A DNA stretch of 64,000 nucleotides from a virus. Taxonomy: Duplodnaviria; Caudoviricetes. This document shows positions 8,832 through 18,520 of the stretch, piece after piece; within the stretch, counting starts at the first letter, position 1; the number at the start of each line of letters is the position of its first letter. A program made the translations under genes and the position numbers. The stretch lies in the IMG/VR virus record IMGVR_UViG_3300028197_001778, positions 364 through 64,363 of that record, one strand, 5' to 3'. The notes beneath the pieces were generated by a model. That model was not told where the DNA came from, ran no database searches, and worked only from the letters and a program-made list of their open reading frames with translations.

Positions 8832-10447
8832 AATATTATACCTTTGATTGCGGTTGTAAATTCAAGCTTTTGGACGATAATGAAGACAAAGAAATCCCAT
8901 CTATTGATTTTTCATTATCTTTAGAAGACCTTAATTTAGACTGTAAAAAAACTTGGGATCTTATATCTTCTGGAAACACTAAAGGCTGTTTCCAGCTAGA
9001 GTCTCGTTTGGGCAGATCAATGGCTAAAAAGTTAAGACCTGAAAATATAGAACAGCTTTCTGCATTAATTAGCATTATGCGTCCTGGTTGTTTAGAAGCA
9101 ATGAGAGACAATAAAAGTGTTAGTAATCATTTTATAGACAAGAAGAATGGACAAGAGAGTATTGATTATTTTGATCCATGCTTAGAGTCTGTACTCAAGC
9201 CTACATACGGAGAAATGATTTATCAAGAACAAGCAATGGAAATTGCAAGAATCATTGCTGGTTTTGACCTCCAAGAGGCAGATGTTTTGAGAAAAGCCAT
9301 CGGAAAGAAAAAAGTTGACTTGATGGCAGAAGTGAAGAAATCTTTTTTAAAAGGTGCTAAAAAAACTGCTGTCACTTCTATAGAACACGCAACAGATATT
9401 TTCGGATGGATCGAAAAAAGTCAAAGATACAGCTTTAATAAAAGTCATGCTATCTCTTACGCATATAACGCCTATCTTTCTGCTTATAGCAAAGCACATT
9501 TTCCTAAGATATTTTTTGCTTCTTATCTAAAATATGCTAAAGATAAAATAGATCCACAACAAGAAGTTAGAGAACTAGTACAAAATGCCACAGAAATGAA
9601 TATTAAAATCACAGTTCCTGATTTGTTACTTATGAATCAAAATTTTTGTATATCCAATGAGAAAATATACTTTGGTTTAACAGACATTAAAAATGTGGGA
9701 TTATCTGTTTATAAGAAACTTGTAAAACTAAACGAAGATTATCCTATTAAAAATCTGTGTTGGACGCAATGTCTTTTTATGATATTAGATAATATAACTT
9801 CGACTGCGGCAAAGGCTTTAATTTCTTGTGGAGCATTAGATATTTATAATAAGTCTAGGACATATATGCTTTTTGAGTATGAGATGATATCAGAATTAAC
9901 AAAAAAAGAAAAAGAGTATATATGCGGAATTGATTTAGAAGATTTTGATTTGCTGGGTATCTTAAATATTCTTTTAAAAAAACCTAGATTAAATGTAAAT
10001 CGTAAAGCGATTATTAATAATTTAATCAGCTCTATAGAAAATCCTCCCTATTCTTTGGATGATAAAATAGAGTGGATGTGTGATACGGAAAGTGATCTAT
10101 TAGGTATTAATCTGACGTATTGCAAATTAGATTCATATAATATTAGTAATGTCAATACACAATGTAGAGATCTAAAGGGATTGCAGCCGGGTGCAAAAGT
10201 TATGATGGCTGCTGAAATAGAAAGTTTTAACATTGTTAAAATTAAGAAAGGTCCCAATAAAGGAAATGATATGTGTTTTGTAACAGCTACAGACAGTACT
10301 GGCTGTTGTGATTCGGTTATCTTTTTTACTGAGCAATTAACTCTTTACAGAAATGAGCTTTTGGAAGGAAATATTGTAATTATACAAGGAAAAACCTCTA
10401 AAAATGGAGGTTTGGTTGTGGATAAAATTTATAAACCTAGAGGTTGA
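8828..10447 (+). CDS. dnaE: DNA polymerase III alpha, C-terminal part (fingers, HhH, OB fold)
   Basis: GNTKGCFQLES, IMRPG, IYQEQAM, ADVLRKAIGKK, YSFNKSHA, FGLTDIKNVG, terminal OB fold (MCFVTATDSTG...IIQGK). Confidence 0.92.
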   Translation: MKYYTFDCGCKFKLLDDNEDKEIPSIDFSLSLEDLNLDCKKTWDLISSGNTKGCFQLESRLGRSMAKKLRPENIEQLSALISIMRPGCLEAMRDNKSVSNHFIDKKNGQESIDYFDPCLESVLKPTYGEMIYQEQAMEIARIIAGFDLQEADVLRKAIGKKKVDLMAEVKKSFLKGAKKTAVTSIEHATDIFGWIEKSQRYSFNKSHAISYAYNAYLSAYSKAHFPKIFFASYLKYAKDKIDPQQEVRELVQNATEMNIKITVPDLLLMNQNFCISNEKIYFGLTDIKNVGLSVYKKLVKLNEDYPIKNLCWTQCLFMILDNITSTAAKALISCGALDIYNKSRTYMLFEYEMISELTKKEKEYICGIDLEDFDLLGILNILLKKPRLNVNRKAIINNLISSIENPPYSLDDKIEWMCDTESDLLGINLTYCKLDSYNISNVNTQCRDLKGLQPGAKVMMAAEIESFNIVKIKKGPNKGNDMCFVTATDSTGCCDSVIFFTEQLTLYRNELLEGNIVIIQGKTSKNGGLVVDKIYKPRG

Positions 10448-10471
10448 CATAAAACATCGTAAACCTATAAT
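10444..10471 (+). promoter_or_regulatory. Sigma70-type promoter for ssb
   Basis: TTGACA (10444-10449), 16 nt spacer, TATAAT (10466-10471); SD AGGAG at 10503-10507 before ATG 10514. Confidence 0.8.
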
Positions 10472-10513
10472 AACTGTAGGTTTGGAACTTTTTACCGATT
10501 TTAGGAGTTTAAC

Positions 10514-10900
10514 ATGAATATTGTTTTAATTAAAGGGAATTTAGCAAGAGATCCTATGGTGCGTTCTGTAAAGACAAACAGTGGTAAGGAAACTTCTGTT
10601 GTTAATTTTACAATCGCAACATCAAGGGAATATACCAAGAACAATGGGCAAAAAGATAAAATTAAGTCTTTTATTCCTTGCGAAGCTTGGGATACTGGTG
10701 CTGAAATTATTGGCAAGTCTTTCGAAAAGGGAGATCTTGTGATGGTTGAAGGTTCTATTAGAAATGATAGCTGGGAAAAAGATGGGGTTAAGCACAATAC
10801 TCTTAAGATCCGTGTAAATAACTTTTCTAAGATCACCAAGTTGTCAAATACAGAAAAAACAACTAACCCAGAGAATGAAGAAGTTGTTACTTCTTTTTAG
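10514..10900 (+). CDS. ssb: Single-stranded DNA-binding protein
   Basis: IKGNLARDP, VVNFTIAT, KGDLVMVEGSIRNDSWEKDG; acidic tail ending in F. Confidence 0.93.
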   Translation: MNIVLIKGNLARDPMVRSVKTNSGKETSVVNFTIATSREYTKNNGQKDKIKSFIPCEAWDTGAEIIGKSFEKGDLVMVEGSIRNDSWEKDGVKHNTLKIRVNNFSKITKLSNTEKTTNPENEEVVTSF

Positions 10901-10923
10901 TATCAAATATCCTTTTAACACTG

Positions 10924-10948
10924 AAGCGGGAGCAATCCCGCTTTTTTT
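10924..10948 (+). terminator. Rho-independent terminator after ssb
   Basis: AAGCGGGA-GCAA-TCCCGCTT stem with a GNRA loop, followed by a T tract. Confidence 0.88.
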
Positions 10949-10957
10949 ATACGCACT

Positions 10958-12628
10958 ATGAAAAAGAGATTAAAAGTTTTAGTTTGTGGAGAAGCCAGTT
11001 TTTTAGATTCTGGTTTCTCTACATATCAATATCAATTATTAAATAGACTTAGAAATAATCCAAATATACATGTTGCAGAACTTGCCTGTTATGCTGGAGT
11101 TAATGATCCTAGAGACTATAAATGCAACTGGAGATTTTATCCTAATTCCGTTTCTTCTCAAGACCCTAGAATAAAACTATTCAACAGTAATGGTCAGAAT
11201 TCTTTTGGTAAATGGAGATTTGATTATTGTCTTTTAGATTTTAAGCCAGATGTTGTTATAGACATAAGAGACTATTGGATGAATGGTTTCCAAGAAGTTT
11301 CTCCATTAAGAGATTATTACAAATGGGTTTTAATGCCCACTATAGATTCTGAACCTCAACAAGATAGTTGGATTAGTACATACTGTAATGCAGATGCTAT
11401 ATTTACATATTCTGATTGGGCTAGAGACGTTTTGATGAAGCAGTCTAATAACAAGATTAATTATATAGACACATGTTCTCCGGGTTTCGATGTTAATTAT
11501 TTACAAGGTAGAGATTACACTCTAGACGATATAAAAACAAAACTTGGATTACCACCCAAATCTATTATATTAGGCACTGTTATGCGTAATCAAAAACGTA
11601 AATTATTTGCTGAATTAATTAAAGATTTTAGAGAATTATTGGATCGTTTAAAAAAAGAACAACATACGGACTATAATAATATATACCTGTATCTCCATAC
11701 AAGCTATCCAGATTTTCTTTGTTGGGACATACCATCATTACTGCAAGAACATCGGGTCATAAATAAAGTTTTCTTTACTTACTCCTGCAAAGAGTGTGGT
11801 CATGTTCAGTCTTTAATGTATTCTGGCTCAAAAACATATTGCAAAGCTTGTCATAAATATTCATCTTCTATGCCGTGCGTTAATAACGGAATTAGTAGAG
11901 ATTCCTTACAAGACATATATGATGTATTTACTATGTACATCCAGTATTCAATATGTGAAGGTTTTGGTATGCCTCAAGTAGAAGCTGCTTCTTGTGGTAT
12001 CCCTGTCATTACTATGAATTATAGTGCTATGGAAGATGTGATAAAAAAACTTAATGCATATAAAGTAGATATATCTTATAAATTTAGAGAACTAGAAACT
12101 TTTGCAGATCGTGTGTATCCTGATAGAGAGAATTTATTTGAACATGTAAAGAACTTCTTATCTTTAACCCAATTTCAAAAAAATATAAAAAAGTTAAATT
12201 TTCAACACAGATGCTATCTTCATTATAAATGGAAAGATTCTTTAGATAAGTGGGAGAAATACCTTAATAATTTATACAAATCTGAATATAGATCAGACTA
12301 TACTCATGCACTAGAGCCTATAGAATATTTAGATAGAGAATATATAAAAAATATGACAACTAATCTTGATAAGATAAGATTTATACAAAATCATTTGTCT
12401 CATTTTAATTTATCAGATAATATTCTTCTTAAGTTTTTAGATCAATTAAACTCAGGCTATCTGGTAGAGAATGGTATTAATAGAGATTTTTCGTTAGAAA
12501 ATTTACTAGACATATGTAACTCTTTAATATCGTCAAATAACAATGCTAGAGAAATTATGTTAAACCCTAGTCAACTACAAGAACATGACTTTATACAATA
12601 TGCCATATCGAAAGATACAGATTTATGA
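10958..12628 (+). CDS. GT-B (GT4-like) glycosyltransferase with CxxC..CxxC insert
   Basis: FKPDVV, MRNQKRK, LYLHT, EGFGMPQVEAASCGIPVITMNYSAM. Confidence 0.85.
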   Translation: MKKRLKVLVCGEASFLDSGFSTYQYQLLNRLRNNPNIHVAELACYAGVNDPRDYKCNWRFYPNSVSSQDPRIKLFNSNGQNSFGKWRFDYCLLDFKPDVVIDIRDYWMNGFQEVSPLRDYYKWVLMPTIDSEPQQDSWISTYCNADAIFTYSDWARDVLMKQSNNKINYIDTCSPGFDVNYLQGRDYTLDDIKTKLGLPPKSIILGTVMRNQKRKLFAELIKDFRELLDRLKKEQHTDYNNIYLYLHTSYPDFLCWDIPSLLQEHRVINKVFFTYSCKECGHVQSLMYSGSKTYCKACHKYSSSMPCVNNGISRDSLQDIYDVFTMYIQYSICEGFGMPQVEAASCGIPVITMNYSAMEDVIKKLNAYKVDISYKFRELETFADRVYPDRENLFEHVKNFLSLTQFQKNIKKLNFQHRCYLHYKWKDSLDKWEKYLNNLYKSEYRSDYTHALEPIEYLDREYIKNMTTNLDKIRFIQNHLSHFNLSDNILLKFLDQLNSGYLVENGINRDFSLENLLDICNSLISSNNNAREIMLNPSQLQEHDFIQYAISKDTDL

Positions 12629-13494
12629 TTTCTAAAGTTAATGAATATGAAAACAGAATTACGCAAACAATTTATCAAGAAATGCTTATAAAGAATAAAG
12701 CTAAAAATATTCTTTTGCAATTTAATAATTTTGAAAATATTTATTTATCTGGACTGTATGATCAAAATATAAGCATTCCTGAACTAAACAATCTTATCAA
12801 AGAGACAGACATAAGTAAAAAATATAAAGATGTTGATAATGTTTTCGTGTTTAATCAATTTGAAAAAAAACTTTTTGCAAATGAAAAAAATGTAAATGTA
12901 TTACAAATTCCTACACACACAAGCAATGATGTTATTACTACAAAATTTAATGCTAGTATTTTTAAAAAATTTGGATATCTATCAAGTTTGATTCAAGACC
13001 AACCGATATTAATTGATGTTATATCTTCTTTTTATTACTCTACTACTCTGAGACCTAATATTGTTTTACTTTTAATGATTGAAGGAGAGAACTCTGAGGT
13101 TGTAAGTTTTAAAAATAATTTGTATAAAGATCTTGGAATACCTAAAGAAATTCAAAATAAAATTTTATGGTTCAGTCAAGGTGTCCTAACAGATGATGCG
13201 AAAATACAATTTGCAAATTCTATTGATCACTTACTGCATTGTAGTATTTATAGTATTGATAACTATTTAATACAGTATTGTTTGGTTAATAATAAAACTA
13301 TATATTCTCAATATCAATATTTTGATAAAGTTAATTTGATTGAATCTCATTTGAGATTTGTTTACAACGGTTCTAGTTTAGTTTCTTATCTTTCTCCCAA
13401 TTTAGACAATCTAATTGAGATATTTGAGACAGATAAAGTTTCTACCCATAATACTATGAATTATACCAATACAGGAATTATGGAATACGTATGA
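12625..13494 (+). CDS. Hypothetical protein, possibly a degenerate glycosyltransferase domain
   Basis: 289 aa, ATGA-coupled to the GT gene; alpha/beta pattern only. Confidence 0.5.
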   Translation: MISKVNEYENRITQTIYQEMLIKNKAKNILLQFNNFENIYLSGLYDQNISIPELNNLIKETDISKKYKDVDNVFVFNQFEKKLFANEKNVNVLQIPTHTSNDVITTKFNASIFKKFGYLSSLIQDQPILIDVISSFYYSTTLRPNIVLLLMIEGENSEVVSFKNNLYKDLGIPKEIQNKILWFSQGVLTDDAKIQFANSIDHLLHCSIYSIDNYLIQYCLVNNKTIYSQYQYFDKVNLIESHLRFVYNGSSLVSYLSPNLDNLIEIFETDKVSTHNTMNYTNTGIMEYV

Positions 13495-14270
13495 TAGAAA
13501 CTTATAATAGACTTTATACTAATCTGGATAAAAAAATCTTATATGTCAAACACAATTCTTGTTTTGATTTAATAATGCAAGAGGTATTTCCCGACATGGT
13601 TTCTGTTGATTCCGTGGACAAGATTAATCATTATTTTACTTTCACTTCTGTTATATATAATAATTTATTTGATTTATCGAATATTGGATTGCAAAATTTT
13701 TCATATTGCGAGAATAGTAGTATATGTTTTATTCACGAGTTTATTTGTGGAGAAAGTAATTTTTCTAATATACAAAAGATACTAAAAGCTAATAATGCAA
13801 AAATAGATATCATGAATTGTAATCATAATAACTCTGAGTACTTACAAGCATACACAAAATACGGAATACCATATCATGATGTTAAAAATGAATCAGATTC
13901 TAACAAAATACTTATCATAGGAGATAGAACTCGTCTAGAAAAAGTTTTAAATTTTTTAAAGAAAAATAAAATAAAATTTGATGTAATTGATAAATTTTCT
14001 GAATTTAAAGATTATAATGAATTTTTACAATTTGTGAAAAAATATAAAGTAGTTTGTTCACATACCAATATAGACCTTTATGTTGCAACATCAACTGGCT
14101 GTTCTACTATAGATTTGAATAAGGTTGTTGATGCTCAAGGTCTTTTACAGGTTCTACTACATTGTTTACAAAATCCTCAAAAATTAGATTCTGAAATTTT
14201 ATTAAAATTAAATTTTCATATGTTTAAGAAAGACATATTAAATGCAAACAATATCAAAACTCTCATGTAA
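13491..14270 (+). CDS. Hypothetical protein, possibly a degenerate GT-B fold
   Basis: 259 aa; KILIIG...FVKKYKVV...LYVATSTGC loosely echoes the GT-B C-terminal lEAmaxG segment. Confidence 0.5.
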   Translation: MIETYNRLYTNLDKKILYVKHNSCFDLIMQEVFPDMVSVDSVDKINHYFTFTSVIYNNLFDLSNIGLQNFSYCENSSICFIHEFICGESNFSNIQKILKANNAKIDIMNCNHNNSEYLQAYTKYGIPYHDVKNESDSNKILIIGDRTRLEKVLNFLKKNKIKFDVIDKFSEFKDYNEFLQFVKKYKVVCSHTNIDLYVATSTGCSTIDLNKVVDAQGLLQVLLHCLQNPQKLDSEILLKLNFHMFKKDILNANNIKTLM

Positions 14271-14619
14271 GAATATAGAAGATATAAAAGATATTCCTAA
14301 TTTTTCTTTGATGTGCATACAGCTACAAGACATAGATTTTGTGGAAAATAAACAAGAGATTTTAAATATTTTTACCAGAAAGCTCAGAAGAGATGGTGAA
14401 ATTATTATAGATTTTAAAAATTTTCAACGAATACTAAATCTATATATAAACAAAAAAATATCTTATAAAGATATGTTTGAAACAATAAAAGACTTACCTC
14501 ATCAAACGTCTTACGCTGATATCTTTGATTTTTGCAACAATAATCCATCAATACAAATATATAAAGTGATAGAAGAAAAAACTATGGATATTATTTCATT
14601 AACAAGAAAGGGTTATTAA
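14242..14619 (+). CDS. Hypothetical protein, methyltransferase-like fragment
   Basis: EILNIFTRKLRRDGEIIID resembles the 'l.e..r.LkpgG.l.i' segment; no SAM-binding motif I. Confidence 0.4.
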   Translation: MQTISKLSCKNIEDIKDIPNFSLMCIQLQDIDFVENKQEILNIFTRKLRRDGEIIIDFKNFQRILNLYINKKISYKDMFETIKDLPHQTSYADIFDFCNNNPSIQIYKVIEEKTMDIISLTRKGY

Positions 14620-15318
14620 ATGGACACTCAATGTAATGAATGTTGTTTTTTAAAAAATAACTCTTGTGACTTAGGTATTCATGACGTTATGCGGGAAAAA
14701 TTAAAAGAGGAAAAAGGCAAATATACTCTTGTAGATTTTAAATGTATGTATGGTTTTGGTAAAAAAACTTATGAAGAAAATAAATATCTAATGTCTTATG
14801 ATGATTTAAAGTCTAGCGTATTAGATAAAAACGAGATGACATATGTTTTATACATAGACAAACCTAGTTATGTTTTTAATACAGAAGAGATGTTGGATTA
14901 CATAGGAGCTATCAAGTACAAACCCGCTGCTTTATGCGTTGTTTCATATAAACAAGTCTCTAAAAAAACACTAGATGAATTTCAAACGAAATGCGACATT
15001 CCTTGGAGAGTCGTATTCCCCCATGTGGAATCTAGTAAGTATGATACTCTTATAGGGGCTTTTAACACTTATTTAAAATTTAACCCAGATTTGTTTGTTC
15101 TGAGAGATTTTTATAATAATTATGAAGAAATTATTAATTCTATACATATTGAGCATGTAATGAACGAAACCAAAGAATCAGTAATTTGCTTAAATAATCA
15201 AATAGATAATATATACATACCTAAAGAATGTTTTTTTGCTAACGAGCACAATTGGAAAGATTTAATAAATAAACCCAAACAATACCTTTCTTCAATTACC
15301 AGTAAAGTTATTTTATGA
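14620..15318 (+). CDS. Hypothetical protein with Cys-rich N-terminus
   Basis: 232 aa; CNECCF...C...C; abuts the upstream stop. Confidence 0.55.
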   Translation: MDTQCNECCFLKNNSCDLGIHDVMREKLKEEKGKYTLVDFKCMYGFGKKTYEENKYLMSYDDLKSSVLDKNEMTYVLYIDKPSYVFNTEEMLDYIGAIKYKPAALCVVSYKQVSKKTLDEFQTKCDIPWRVVFPHVESSKYDTLIGAFNTYLKFNPDLFVLRDFYNNYEEIINSIHIEHVMNETKESVICLNNQIDNIYIPKECFFANEHNWKDLINKPKQYLSSITSKVIL

Positions 15319-15995
15319 TCAATATCACCTGCATGATGACAGAAATTACTAAAGGTATGAAGTCAATAGGCCCAAAGTATATCTATAAACACAACAGCAA
15401 ATCTTTGATAGAGTATCAAATACACTATATTAAAAAATATAAATCTAAAATTAATTTGAATTTGATTCTTGGCTTCGGTGCTGATAAAATTAAGAAACAG
15501 CTTGAAAAACAAAAAAATATTAAAATTAATTATTTATATAACTCTAATTATTTAAACGAAGAGAGTGGAGGAAACTTTAAGATTGCTATTAAAAACTTTA
15601 ATAGTAAGAAAGAATCAGGTATGTTAATAATGAACAACGGCATATTGGCAAATATTAATTGGGAAAGATATATAAAAAAAAGTACTTTAAATAAAATATT
15701 TTACACAGATGAAACGTGTAGAAACTTTAACCTTGGTTTTGATAACAATGGCGAATATTTGTTTTACGACTTACCCAATACGTGGCTAGAAATAATATAT
15801 TTAAATAAAAGAACCGTTTTAGAACTACAAGAAAATATTCCTGAAGCAATATATGATAACATGTTTTTATTTGAGATTATAAATTTGTTAAAAGAAAAAT
15901 CACATTTAAATTTTGAAACAATAAAGCTTCCTCATAATAAACTTTTTAAATTTAATTCTCCAAAAGACTCAAAATACTTAGCTGAATTTTTATGA
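15315..15995 (+). CDS. Divergent sugar/choline-phosphate nucleotidyltransferase-like protein
   Basis: GMKSIGPK...LIEYQI...LILGFGADKI...YNSNY resembles NTP_transferase/LicC; the canonical LAAG motif is absent. Confidence 0.6.
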   Translation: MINITCMMTEITKGMKSIGPKYIYKHNSKSLIEYQIHYIKKYKSKINLNLILGFGADKIKKQLEKQKNIKINYLYNSNYLNEESGGNFKIAIKNFNSKKESGMLIMNNGILANINWERYIKKSTLNKIFYTDETCRNFNLGFDNNGEYLFYDLPNTWLEIIYLNKRTVLELQENIPEAIYDNMFLFEIINLLKEKSHLNFETIKLPHNKLFKFNSPKDSKYLAEFL

Positions 15996-16612
15996 TATTA
16001 ATATCTAACACATACTCAAATTATTTAGAATCTATTATGACAATATTGCATGAAAAATCAATACCATATAAAATTATAAATATAGAAGATATTATTATGT
16101 ATTATGATATTTATAAACCATTAAAAATCTTTTTATCTAAAAAAGACAAAACAAATTTAGCAGTTAAAAGTTTGGTGAAAGAAGATAAAAATATCGTTCA
16201 ATACGAAACAGATAATTTAGTATTAAATACTGATATTACAACTAAATGTAATAAAAACAATAATGTGGCACTTTTTTTAGACTATAATAAAATACCGGAC
16301 AATGTATCTTTATTATTGGCTCCAAATAAATTTTTACCTATACACATATTTAATTGTAGCATAAAACATCCCCAAAACTCTGGTAAAATTAATTGTTTAG
16401 AGAGATTAGAAATTATAAAAAAATATAACGGCGTCATTGCATTCAATAATCATTATAAAAAAGAGTGTCTATTAAGTGGTACGTTTTACTACGATATTAA
16501 TATAGTGACAGAAAAAGACATAAAAGAATGCTTAAACAAAAGTATTAATCCTCAAAAAATTAATTCTAACAAAACCTATCAGAACCACTTAGAGGATTTG
16601 TTATATGGATAA
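15992..16612 (+). CDS. Hypothetical protein (glyco cluster)
   Basis: 206 aa, ATGA-coupled. Confidence 0.5.
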   Translation: MILISNTYSNYLESIMTILHEKSIPYKIINIEDIIMYYDIYKPLKIFLSKKDKTNLAVKSLVKEDKNIVQYETDNLVLNTDITTKCNKNNNVALFLDYNKIPDNVSLLLAPNKFLPIHIFNCSIKHPQNSGKINCLERLEIIKKYNGVIAFNNHYKKECLLSGTFYYDINIVTEKDIKECLNKSINPQKINSNKTYQNHLEDLLYG

Positions 16613-17054
16613 TGATCTTGGAATAGTGATAGATAGTACGATTAGTAGAGAGGAAATCTTACTGATAGTAGATCTGTATCAGCAATTTTCTACTTTTTCA
16701 GAACTAAATCAACTCTTCACATTCACTACTGCACCATCTTCGTTGAACGACATACCGCAACTACCAATAGAAAAAGCTTCATTTTTTAAAGGCAACATCT
16801 TACTGTTTAATAATAATATGCTGTTATTTGCTAAAAACTTTTTCAATTATAATAAAATTATGTATTACATGACAAAACCAGATTGGTTATTTATAGCTGC
16901 AAATAATTCTAATAAATCAATCAAAAGTTTATATAACGACACAAGAGATTTACAGATTCACACTAATAACAAAAACGTTTACGACCTATACAAAAATATG
17001 TGGGGAGATAACATTAATTTAGGAGATTTAAATTATGAAAAAACTATACACTAA
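16605..17054 (+). CDS. Hypothetical protein (glyco cluster)
   Basis: 149 aa, preceded by GAGG; overlaps both neighbours. Confidence 0.5.
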   Translation: MDNDLGIVIDSTISREEILLIVDLYQQFSTFSELNQLFTFTTAPSSLNDIPQLPIEKASFFKGNILLFNNNMLLFAKNFFNYNKIMYYMTKPDWLFIAANNSNKSIKSLYNDTRDLQIHTNNKNVYDLYKNMWGDNINLGDLNYEKTIH

Positions 17055-17835
17055 ACTTACCGACATAGAAAAAAAGACTATTATTGTCGAAGCCTATGTT
17101 AAGGATAAAAAAAGTTTTCAAATTATCGCAGAAGAATATAAAACATACAGTAATAAAATTAGACGAGATGCAAAAAAGTTTAATGTTAAAATTAGAGATA
17201 AAAGCCAAGCTCAAAAAAATGCTTTAAAAACAGGTGCTCATAAACACCCAACCAAAGGTACTAAAAGATCAGAAGAAACTAAAAATAAAATTGGACAATC
17301 TGTTTTAATCTCTTGGGAAAATCTTTCTGAAGAAGAAATATCACAAAGAAAATTAAAAAATCTTGAGACTTGGAATAAAATGTCTGATGAACAAAAAGAG
17401 AAAATGCAGCAAGCAGCTAATAGAGCTATTAGAGAGACCAGTAAAGTAGGGTCCAAGCTAGAAAAGTTTTTATTGCAAAAGTTTATTGCTAGTAATGTAG
17501 ATGTACAATTCCATAAAGAACAATTTTTAGTAAATACCAAGTTGCAAATTGACCTTTTTTTACCTAGTATAAACACAGCAATTGAAGTTGATGGGCCTTC
17601 TCATTTTTCTCCTGTGTGGGGAGAAGAAGCTTTCAAAAAAGCTCAACAATACGACAAAAAGAAACAAGGTCTTATTTTAGGTAAGGGACTAGCTTTAATT
17701 AGAATTAAACAAACAAAGGATTTTTCTAAAGCTAGATCTGAACTTATCTTTGAAAAATTAATAAAATTGGTAGATCAAATAACTAATAAATTTCCAGAAT
17801 CAGATAACCGTTTTTTTGAAATAAAGGACATATAA
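17035..17835 (+). CDS. HTH/NUMOD3-like DNA-binding region + Vsr/DUF559-like endonuclease
   Basis: N-terminal HTH-like (SFQIIAEEY), KGTKRSEETKNKIG (NUMOD3-like), SKLE...IDLFLP...AIEVDGPSHF...DKKK. Confidence 0.75.
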   Translation: MKKLYTKLTDIEKKTIIVEAYVKDKKSFQIIAEEYKTYSNKIRRDAKKFNVKIRDKSQAQKNALKTGAHKHPTKGTKRSEETKNKIGQSVLISWENLSEEEISQRKLKNLETWNKMSDEQKEKMQQAANRAIRETSKVGSKLEKFLLQKFIASNVDVQFHKEQFLVNTKLQIDLFLPSINTAIEVDGPSHFSPVWGEEAFKKAQQYDKKKQGLILGKGLALIRIKQTKDFSKARSELIFEKLIKLVDQITNKFPESDNRFFEIKDI

Positions 17836-18518
17836 TGCCAAAAGCTAAAAAGAGTATACCTGACATTAATGATATTGAGTGGACAGACTATGTTTTAGGA
17901 CTATTGTCAGATGATGAAAAAATTGCCGGTAATCCTACAACAGATGGTTTAAGAAGAGTTTTCGAAATAGCTATGGACTGTACTGTAGTTGAATCATCTT
18001 CCAGTGTTGTGCAAACTCCAGAACCTAGCAATGGCAATAGGGCCACTCTTACTCACACACTGGTGTATGTTATAAACGATCCTGATATAGACGAACATTT
18101 TAAAGTTAGGACTGTCAATGGTTCAGCAGACGTCTATTGGGGTAACTGTGATAAGGTTTATAGAAATCATCCTGTTGCTGTAGGTGAAACCAGAGCAGAA
18201 GGCAGAGCCTTGAGAAGAGGTCTGAAACTAAGAAAAGTTGTTGCCGCAGAGGAAATAGCTAAGGAAGTGGAAGATCTTGACGGCAATAATGTTAATAAAA
18301 TTACAGATAATCAATTAAACTTTATTGATGTACTGTCTAATAGATTAGATATTAATGTCAAATCCTTAGTGAGTAATCTTAAGATAGAAAACGAGAATAT
18401 TTTTGGACTAGCCCATGATGAGGCTGTTTCTATAATAAGAAGGTTATCTGAACTACAACAAAATGTAAATGATATTCCTGAATCGCTTATGGGGTATGAC
18501 TCAAACTGGAGAAATTGA
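17835..18518 (+). CDS. Putative Rad52/Sak-like single-strand annealing protein
   Basis: GSADV...AVGETRAEGRALRRGL resembles the AeTrAxxRAl motif; C-terminal ITDNQLNFI...AVSIIRRL helical module. Confidence 0.5.
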   Translation: MPKAKKSIPDINDIEWTDYVLGLLSDDEKIAGNPTTDGLRRVFEIAMDCTVVESSSSVVQTPEPSNGNRATLTHTLVYVINDPDIDEHFKVRTVNGSADVYWGNCDKVYRNHPVAVGETRAEGRALRRGLKLRKVVAAEEIAKEVEDLDGNNVNKITDNQLNFIDVLSNRLDINVKSLVSNLKIENENIFGLAHDEAVSIIRRLSELQQNVNDIPESLMGYDSNWRN

Positions 18519-18520
18519 TA

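Noticed and set aside
7900-8900. Split intein, intron or frameshift joining the dnaE halves
   Set aside because: No intein N- or C-terminal motifs; the gap is fully occupied by two coupled ORFs; each half has its own start and stop.
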